Below, one piece after another: positions 56,704 through 64,000 of a stretch of 64,000 bases of DNA; the stretch's first letter is position 1, and every line of letters begins with the position of its first letter. Origin of the DNA: a virus; IMG/VR virus record IMGVR_UViG_3300018080_008188, positions 1-64,000 of that record, one strand, 5' to 3'. The notes beneath the pieces are model-generated. The model did no database searches. It saw only the letters and a program-made list of their open reading frames with translations, and was not told the DNA's origin. A program made the translations under genes and the position numbers.

Positions 56704-58704
56704 ATGGCGCGATTCACAAAGTTTCTGCCGGAGCCGGGCAAGACGGGTGTCCAGAGGACAGCCGCAATCAGCTTCACGGTTCTTGACGATGCCTACGGAG
56801 CCCAGATTTCAACGCTGTCCGCATCCGTGGGTGGCGTCAGGGCGATCTCCGGCGGTTCGTTCGTCGGAGGGTTCTCTGGCCAGATAATAGCCGGGTCCGG
56901 CAAATGGGTGACCGCCATATATCCGCGGGCTCCTTCATTCCTGGCCAGGGCCTCGGAGATAGAGGTTGAAGCATCGGTCCGGAATTCGCTCGGCGAACTG
57001 GACTCGTACGGCTGGAGCTTTTTCACTGTCGGATATGTGGCTCCAGGCAGTCCGTCAGAAGATTCTCCCGCAGTTCCGCCAAACAGAGCGTGCCTGGTCG
57101 GCAAGCCGTTCTTTGTACACAACATGTCTGGTCTTGACGCCGCCCTAGATGCTGGCGTCGGAACAGAAGTGGACCTGCAGTGGCTACAGGCTTCGCCGTA
57201 TGACGAAAACAACGCGGTAGTATACAACATATACATGTCGACTTCGCTCGTAAGCGTGTTCGACAATCCTCCGCAGTTCATGTCAACGGCCCTGTCGGCC
57301 TCCATTGGAGGCCTCCATCCTGGAGACACGCACTTTTTTGCTGTGCGCGCTTCGGAGATGGATCCACAGGTTTCGAGCTTAAGGGGTCTGAAGCAGGCGG
57401 GGTCCAGCATGTTTCGCTATCCGTCCACCTTCCTGTCGTCTGCGGTGGGGGACGGATATCTGGAGATTCCCGTTGAATCTGTAGAGGGGTTCCCGGAGTT
57501 CGGAATAGCCGTTGTCGAGGACGAACTCATAAAATATTCGTCCCTGCGGCAGGTTCCTCCGGCCCTGATGCTCGCCGATGCCTACGGAAGAGGCTGCGCA
57601 GGGTCGCTGGCTGAAAGCCATTTGGCCGGGGTCGCAATCGGACTGTACTGGGGGAGGGAGGACGACAACACAGTCATATCCCAGGCGACTCCGACATTCC
57701 AGAAGCCAGAGGCGGCTCTGACATATGTGCTTCCAGATTGATACGGACAGGACGGATACAGGGACGGATACGACGGGTATTCCCCGCGCGACGGCTATGA
57801 CGGCTACCTGATGCATCGCCAGGTAAACCGTGACGACATAACGACGCCGGTGGAGAACAGCAACGACGGGTCTGGTAATTTCCCGTCTTTCGATCACTGC
57901 GGAAGCTACCGCCGGGAATCTCCGGCGGCTCTTTGGAAAGGACAGTGCGTGCCAAGCTATCTCGGAGGAATACAGTACAGAGACGGCGTGTTCGTGCGCG
58001 AGCAGAACATGCGGAGCCAAATGCTCCAGCGCGAAGAGCTGATGCTGGAGACGACTGGCGAGCCTTTCGTGCTGCTGCGAAGGAAATGGACCGGCATGCG
58101 CTGTCCATGCCATATGCAGAGAAGGGAGCACGCGGACAAGAGGTGCCCCAACTGCTATGGCACCGGATTTCAAAACGGATACGACCAGTTTGTAAATCCG
58201 CGGCGCCCGGACGGGCGCATATTGGCGCGGGTCAGTCCGGCGACGGAAGACCTCGTCATAGAGGACAAGGGCGGTCTTACGCCCCAGTACTCGCCGTCGG
58301 CATGGACGATGGCGTTCCCAGGCATAAAGGACCGGGATGCGCTTGTAAGGTTCAATGAGGACGGGACTGAAGAGTTCAGGTATATGATACTTAATGTTGA
58401 GCGCGTGAAGGAGTTTTTTGCGCAGTCGGGGGCGCAGAAGTTCAACATGCAGCGCTTCCACCGCACGGACATCATCTACCAGTATCCGGTACAGAGGGAC
58501 ATGTCGCCGTTCCCGTCGGCTGCCGAGACAGACCCGGCAAGCGCCCCGGGCATACCGAGCCATACGCATGTCCTGTACTTTCCGAACGGTATAGATGTCG
58601 GCAACCTGAACGGAGTGACTGCCGTCAACCACAATCACAGCCATGTGATAAGAAACGGCATGCTGCTTCCGGCTTTCGGGCATGTACACACTTTGACGAT
58701 TTAG
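56704..58704 (+). CDS. putative neck/head-closure protein with an Fn3-like domain; single frame interrupted by TGA at 57739-57741
   Basis: Track ORFs 56704-57741 and 57811-58704 are in frame and joined by LPD*YGQDGYRDGYDGYSPRDGYDGYLM. Fn3 pattern (LQW..YNIY..GLHPGDTHFFAVRA); CPC...CPNC; His-rich tail. Confidence 0.7.
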
Positions 58705-58717
58705 GAGAACCTCCGCA

Positions 58718-61700
58718 ATGACCTCAAGGTACCCAGCGGAAATAGACGGATATCAGCAAATAAGGGTGGCTCGCGACGGCGTCGACGAGATAGTCGCCAC
58801 AGATCACAATGCCCTTAGAAGTGCTGTCGTAAAGGTAGAGCAGACGCTCGGCATCAATCCGGCCGGATCTTTCGGAACGGTGGTTGCGCGCCTTGAGAGC
58901 GCTTCGGCTGACATCATGAGCCATGTCACCGGATCGCAGCCAAAACACCAGGACACTGTCATCGAAGGCGCGGCAAAGTCGTCTTCATATCTTGCGCTAG
59001 CGGCCGGGTCAACGGCTACCCAGCTGTCCGCCCTGGTACAGGCTCTTGGAGAATCGTCCGGAGCCCTTCGCGTAGGATATGCCGGCAGCGGAGCTGACAA
59101 GTTCGCGGACGGCAGCGCCGTCCCATCGGGCACGGTCAAAAGCGGACTGGGGTCGATCGCTTCGATGCTTGGCGGGTCTTCCGGGTCGGAAAGGATTGGG
59201 GCGTCCGGCTTCTCCACAGGCAAGTTTTCCGTTTCAGGGGCAGATATCGATGCACAGCTTAAAAGCCTTGGGGGAGTCGCCGACGAGTTGAGCGAAATTG
59301 CCGAAATGGCGTTTGCCGGTCTTGTAACAAGCGGCCTGGCAGTGACGCGCGCAAATGCCACCTCCGTGAATGTTTCGTCGGGGTTTTTGATGTCCGACGG
59401 TCTTCTTCGCAGATATGCGGGAGGAACCTTTGCGCATTCCGGTGCGGGCTTCCACCGCATATACGCGTATATCAACAGCTCCGGCAATATCGCCATCGGA
59501 GACGCCGCCAGCGACGCCGCGCTGATGGCCAATGTTCCTCTGGCGGTTTTTACCGAAACTGGAGCGGCGCATACCGGATTCGTCGGTCTTCGCAGGTTCG
59601 GTCTTCACATGAACCGCGAGCAGATAACGGTCGGGTCGGACGGGTACGGGGCGGATTTTACATCGTTCAAAAGCGCCATGGAATACATGAGCCGGGCGGT
59701 GTCGGCCGGAGCATTCACGCCGCGCAAGATTATGGTGGTAAGCGACATAACGGTTCCCTCAGCAGAGCTGCCGATAGAGCTTGAAAGCGACATGATGGTC
59801 GACGGCGGAAACCACACGCTGACATGGAGCGCAGACTCTGCGCTGTTCAAAATCGACAACAAGAACAGGGTGGTGGTCAAGAATGTGAGGGGGTACTACT
59901 CTCCGGCGGCTGTCGGCGTCAACGCTGCTTTCCTGGACATCGACGCGACAACCTCCGCAAGCGAAGTGGAAGTTTCTACATGCTTCACCAGAAGCGGCGG
60001 AGGCTTGGGATATTTCATCACATACGACACGAGCGGAGGAGGAAGCCTGGACACATTGGTTGTCGAAAGCTGCAATGCCAGATGCGAGCTGTCCGCTCTC
60101 AAGGGCGGAACGGCCGCTGCCGAAGCCGCACCGAAGCACAGCAGAATAGCTGGAAACTATTTCGGACAGAATTCGTTTGTAGCGCAGGCTGATCCGTGTA
60201 TGATGATTGGCGACTTTTCCATTGCGGACGGAAATGTGCTGCAGGGGGGCTACAATGTCGGAATCCGCTCGCACTATGCCGAGGGCGTGGTCGTTTCAGA
60301 CAACATAGTGAACGGCGGCACGGGAACCAGAACGGTCTCCGGCACGGCATACATGGCCAAAGGCATCGAGATGATGGTCAATGCTTCGCTGTGGCTGCAG
60401 CGTTCGATAATCAGCGGAAACTATGTCAAGGGCTGCACATCTGTCGGAGTAGACCTCAATCCTTCGGGCACTGGCGAAGCCACGAACTGTATGGTAAGCG
60501 GGAACATGGTAGACAATTCTCGCGATTTCGACGCGGCGTCGATAGGAGTCAGGGGCGACGACCAGAATTCCATGGTCGAAGGCAACTATATCATCCATCC
60601 GGGGACATACGCTGTTTACAAGTCGCCATATATCGTCGGAAACATGGTACACTGCAAGCAGGGCAACACCATGACTTCTGCAATCGACGTCTCCGGCACC
60701 GATCCAATGGTAGTTAGCGGAAACATGGTGTTCGATCTCAGCGGAGACGGCATAACGGGCAGCGGGGACGATTTCCAGCTAGTACATGGAAACTACATCT
60801 CGTTCGATTCCGGGGGGGCTCCGGGCGTGGGCGTTTCCGGCATGGGCGAAAACGCGGCAATTGCGTACAACTACATAGGCAGTCCGGGAACCTACGGGAT
60901 AAACCATGGAGGAGATTCCGGAACCGTGGCTGGGAATGTCATTGACAGCGCGACCGGAATAGGAATCAACATCAGCGGCCTCCTGGCTTCCGTGTACGGA
61001 AACGCAATTGTGGACTGCCAAGGGGCGTCATGCGTCGTCGTCAGCGGCAACAGGGCGTCTGTTGCTGACAACCTGCTTGTTTCCCCAACTGCCAAGGGCG
61101 TGGCATTGTCGTCTGCGCAGTATTGTATGGTTTCCGGCAACTATGTTAGCGGAGCCGGCGGAACGGCGATAGAGGCCGGATCCGGCTGCCACCACGCTTC
61201 GTTCGTTGGAAACTATGCCTACAGCGGATCCGGCATAGGAATTCTTGCCAGCGCCGAAAGGTGCCTGGCCTCGTCCAATTTCGCGTATGGCGGGACTGTG
61301 GGAATATCGTTCGATGCGTCTGCTGCGCGAGGCGCAATAGTGGCCAACCATGTGGTAGACAACACCGGCGCGGCAGCAATAGAGAACTACAGCGGCCTGT
61401 GCCTCATTTCCGGAAACTTCTCAAGAAACGCCGGCGGCGTCGGCATACGGCTGGACGGAAACGCCATCGATGTGATAGGAAATTTCGTAGACGAGCCTAC
61501 GAGCCATGCGTTCGAAGCTCCCGGCTCGCACGCCTGGTCGTCGGTCGTCGGAAACTATGTCAGGCTGTCCGGAGACCATGCAATAGAAATGGAAAGCAGC
61601 TACGAGGCGCTGATAATCGGAAACAACCTTAACGGGGTAACCGGAATAGGAATTTCGACAAACGGGGTCCTGTGCACGGTGGCAAGCAACAAAATACGAA

Positions 61701-62776
61701 GCGCATCCAGCCACGGAATAGACATAAACGACGGCGACAGCAACCTTGTAATTGGCAACCATCTGTACAGCATCGGAGAATATGGCATAAACGGAGATTC
61801 GTCGGACCTGGCGTCCATTATAGGAAATTTCATTTCGACCGTAACCAACGCCAACCAGAACGGAATAGGCATTGCCGGAGACCGGTGCTCGATAGTTGGA
61901 AACTTTATTCAGAATATCAGCAACATAGGAATAAACGCAACTGGCGACAACAACCTGGTGTCTTCAAATGTAATCGACACCGCCGATTTTTGTATTCGCA
62001 ACGGCGCCAATGCGCTCATAATCGGCAACAGGATGCGAAGCTGCGACTGGGGAGTGTATCCGTACGGGGCAAGCCACAACATGTCCGTTGTCGGCAACAT
62101 GGTTGATACGCATGCCGAAATAGCGTATGTGATAGACGGTCTTGAGGACTGCCTGGTAATAGGAAATACATCGGTCACTCCGGCCGATGCTGCCGCATAC
62201 GGAATATACGGACCGACTGCAAACAGTTCGATGGTTGTAGGAAACAGGTGCGAGGGAACAGGCGGAGGTGCCATATACTCTCTCGGAACCGGAGTCGTGG
62301 ATTCTTTCAACAAGGGGCAGTCATACGAAGTCACCCTTGGAGCAGCCAGTGCAGCAGTGGAAAGAACAGATGCCGGGGCGTCGACATGGGACAAGGTGAC
62401 CGCGGAGCTTTCTGCCACCAATGTCACTTTCGAGCCGTTTTACTACTCCGTGGTCTGGGAGTTCGGAAACGAGTCTGTTCCCATTGGGGCGACCATAGAT
62501 CAGATTGAAGTTGAATATTCCATTTCTGTAGGAGCGGTTAACGACCTCAACATGTCGTGGACCAGCGACAAGGGATTTGGGGCTGCCCCAGTAACTGTGA
62601 ATGCACAAGGCGCAGTAGCTGCCACTGGCCTGAACAAGACCGAAACCATGACTCCGGATGTTCCTCCGGCTATCATGGAAAGGGGGCAGTTTCATCAGGT
62701 TTTGTGCATAGCCATGAATGTTAGCGGTGCCTGGTCGATGAAAATACATGCGGTCAGGCTAACATACACACTTTAA
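58718..62776 (+). CDS. tailspike/receptor-binding protein with a long right-handed beta-helix
   Basis: Many I/VxGN repeats at ~22-aa spacing; N-terminal YPAEID virion-attachment-type segment. Confidence 0.82.
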   Translation: MTSRYPAEIDGYQQIRVARDGVDEIVATDHNALRSAVVKVEQTLGINPAGSFGTVVARLESASADIMSHVTGSQPKHQDTVIEGAAKSSSYLALAAGSTATQLSALVQALGESSGALRVGYAGSGADKFADGSAVPSGTVKSGLGSIASMLGGSSGSERIGASGFSTGKFSVSGADIDAQLKSLGGVADELSEIAEMAFAGLVTSGLAVTRANATSVNVSSGFLMSDGLLRRYAGGTFAHSGAGFHRIYAYINSSGNIAIGDAASDAALMANVPLAVFTETGAAHTGFVGLRRFGLHMNREQITVGSDGYGADFTSFKSAMEYMSRAVSAGAFTPRKIMVVSDITVPSAELPIELESDMMVDGGNHTLTWSADSALFKIDNKNRVVVKNVRGYYSPAAVGVNAAFLDIDATTSASEVEVSTCFTRSGGGLGYFITYDTSGGGSLDTLVVESCNARCELSALKGGTAAAEAAPKHSRIAGNYFGQNSFVAQADPCMMIGDFSIADGNVLQGGYNVGIRSHYAEGVVVSDNIVNGGTGTRTVSGTAYMAKGIEMMVNASLWLQRSIISGNYVKGCTSVGVDLNPSGTGEATNCMVSGNMVDNSRDFDAASIGVRGDDQNSMVEGNYIIHPGTYAVYKSPYIVGNMVHCKQGNTMTSAIDVSGTDPMVVSGNMVFDLSGDGITGSGDDFQLVHGNYISFDSGGAPGVGVSGMGENAAIAYNYIGSPGTYGINHGGDSGTVAGNVIDSATGIGINISGLLASVYGNAIVDCQGASCVVVSGNRASVADNLLVSPTAKGVALSSAQYCMVSGNYVSGAGGTAIEAGSGCHHASFVGNYAYSGSGIGILASAERCLASSNFAYGGTVGISFDASAARGAIVANHVVDNTGAAAIENYSGLCLISGNFSRNAGGVGIRLDGNAIDVIGNFVDEPTSHAFEAPGSHAWSSVVGNYVRLSGDHAIEMESSYEALIIGNNLNGVTGIGISTNGVLCTVASNKIRSASSHGIDINDGDSNLVIGNHLYSIGEYGINGDSSDLASIIGNFISTVTNANQNGIGIAGDRCSIVGNFIQNISNIGINATGDNNLVSSNVIDTADFCIRNGANALIIGNRMRSCDWGVYPYGASHNMSVVGNMVDTHAEIAYVIDGLEDCLVIGNTSVTPADAAAYGIYGPTANSSMVVGNRCEGTGGGAIYSLGTGVVDSFNKGQSYEVTLGAASAAVERTDAGASTWDKVTAELSATNVTFEPFYYSVVWEFGNESVPIGATIDQIEVEYSISVGAVNDLNMSWTSDKGFGAAPVTVNAQGAVAATGLNKTETMTPDVPPAIMERGQFHQVLCIAMNVSGAWSMKIHAVRLTYTL

Positions 62777-62790
62777 AAGCGGAGCCTTTC

Positions 62791-63138
62791 ATGCCAACCA
62801 AATTTGAGACGACAAGACTGTATGTCCAAGACGGATATGAAGAGGGCGGCGACGGCGCGCCCGTCATGGACGGATACGATGTGGTGGAAACGGCTGACGG
62901 CTATGATGTGTCGTGTTTTCATGTGCCATTGCACCATGCCAAGAATCTTCGCATGTTTCTGTACAGGGCGAACTTTTCCATATACATGGGGGAACAGGGG
63001 CTGTACAGCCATTCGGCCAGCCATCTTGCTTCTCTGATAGACAGCAGGGAGCGAATGAAGAGGCTTCTGCAGTCCATTGATGAATCGTCGGAAGACGAGC
63101 CGTACGACAAGATCATAGACAGGAATATTTTCAGATAG
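62791..63138 (+). CDS. hypothetical protein with three DGY motifs
   Basis: QDGYEE, MDGYDV, ADGYDV. Confidence 0.7.
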   Translation: MPTKFETTRLYVQDGYEEGGDGAPVMDGYDVVETADGYDVSCFHVPLHHAKNLRMFLYRANFSIYMGEQGLYSHSASHLASLIDSRERMKRLLQSIDESSEDEPYDKIIDRNIFR

Positions 63139-63151
63139 GAAGGAGGCAAGA

Positions 63152-63544
63152 ATGGAAAAGGAGACTTTGCTCGGTCTTATAAAAGAACAGCGCGATGTGG
63201 TGAAAAGAGCTCAGAAGCAGCTCGACAGCCTGCTTGATCTTGCCAGCGACATGGGAATGGATGTCCAGGGAGCCGGCATGGCACAGGAGCATTCATCCAT
63301 AGCTGACAAGGTCAAATCCGAGATAGGGAAAAAAAGGCGCGAAATCATGGAGCAGGTCAGGCGCATGAGGCAGGACGCAATGGACCAGATGGAGCAAATG
63401 AAAACGGAGTTCAATGCGATTGAAACAGGCGCGCCAGGCATGGCTGGAGTTGGCGGATTCGGAGCCGCGCCTGGAGCTGCCGGATGGGAGGGCAGGCTTG
63501 CTGGTCTTGTGCCTGCCGCAACAAAACATCCAAAGGGGGCATGA
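63152..63544 (+). CDS. coiled-coil hypothetical protein
   Basis: AGGAGG RBS. Confidence 0.7.
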   Translation: MEKETLLGLIKEQRDVVKRAQKQLDSLLDLASDMGMDVQGAGMAQEHSSIADKVKSEIGKKRREIMEQVRRMRQDAMDQMEQMKTEFNAIETGAPGMAGVGGFGAAPGAAGWEGRLAGLVPAATKHPKGA

Positions 63545-63545
63545 A

Positions 63546-63887
63546 ATGAGCAACCACGGCGAAGAGACAGTGTATGTGCCGGAAAAGAAAGCTGACCAGA
63601 AGCAAATGTCCCGCAAATGGGCGCTGGCTCTGCTTGTGGTGATTTTGGCCACCGTCGGCGCCTTGGTGCCGCCCATGGTAAGCGCATGGGTGTTCGGCGC
63701 TGTTGAGCCGCTGAAGGTTATCACCGGAGCAGAATGGGTGTCGGTCGCCACAATGGTGAGCGCCGCCTACATAGGCGGAAACATCTGGCAGAAACACATT
63801 GAGAAGAAAAGCGTGTCCGCTTCCGGAAACGTAACGCTCGACGCGTCCGTCGAGCTGTCCGCCGACGGAAACGAGAAGGAAGCATAA
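63546..63887 (+). CDS. small two-TM membrane protein (holin-like)
   Basis: MSRKWALALLVVILATVG...EWVSVATMVSAAYIGGN. Confidence 0.6.
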   Translation: MSNHGEETVYVPEKKADQKQMSRKWALALLVVILATVGALVPPMVSAWVFGAVEPLKVITGAEWVSVATMVSAAYIGGNIWQKHIEKKSVSASGNVTLDASVELSADGNEKEA

Positions 63888-63905
63888 CACCGCGGAGGAG
63901 CGGCA

Positions 63906-64000
63906 ATGTCCATCAATTACCCGGCAGATTTCGACACCGATGCGCAGATTCCCAGGATAGACGACAACATAAGCGAAATCGGCGGAGATGTCATCAATGC
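63906..64000 (+). CDS. partial virion protein, N-terminus related to the tailspike N-terminus
   Basis: GGAGGAG RBS; MSINYPADFDTDAQIPRIDDNISEI resembles MTSRYPAEIDGYQQIRVARDGVDEI. Confidence 0.65.
   Translation, partial: MSINYPADFDTDAQIPRIDDNISEIGGDVIN

Noticed and set aside
57742-57810. gacgg(a/c/g)ta repeats as a CRISPR array or DNA tandem repeat
   Set aside because: The units are 9-nt, in frame and vary at wobble positions, so they encode DGY. There are no constant repeats with spacers.
367-63906. Long minus-strand ORFs (e.g. 3139-4275, 25295-26746, 57379-58689)
   Set aside because: They are antisense shadows of GC-rich + strand genes, with no recognisable motifs or RBS, and the + strand is already fully tiled.
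1-64000. Genome-wide stop codon reassignment (TGA=Gly or TAG=Gln)
   Set aside because: Genes are long and intact in the standard code. TGA and TAG end many genes exactly where the next one starts. Only one in-frame TGA was seen.

Overview
This window is the virion-morphogenesis region of a large tailed bacteriophage, and every supported gene is on the + strand. The head module (1-37.8 kb) runs from an intein-containing portal, through about 20 putative head-internal proteins and a protease-scaffold fusion, to decoration proteins and an HK97-type major capsid protein. A nuclease/methyltransferase cassette follows (37.9-42.7 kb), then neck, fibre and tailspike-like genes with auxiliary genes (cold-shock protein, poly-gamma-glutamate hydrolase, LpxH-like phosphoesterase). 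Main observations: (1) A shared ~25-aa helical motif occurs in about 10 unrelated head-module proteins, and Ala-terminated motifs sit at domain borders of enzyme polyproteins. Together they suggest a capsid-loading and processing system whose cargo includes all three LigD NHEJ domains and topoisomerase IB. (2) An Asp-Gly-Tyr tripeptide is strongly enriched in the external virion proteins. (3) A group I intron splits the cold-shock gene, which the ORF track misses. (4) A 19-bp promoter-like motif occurs six times. (5) An in-frame TGA falls inside a DGY repeat. All calls come from reading motifs by eye; no searches were run and counts are manual.
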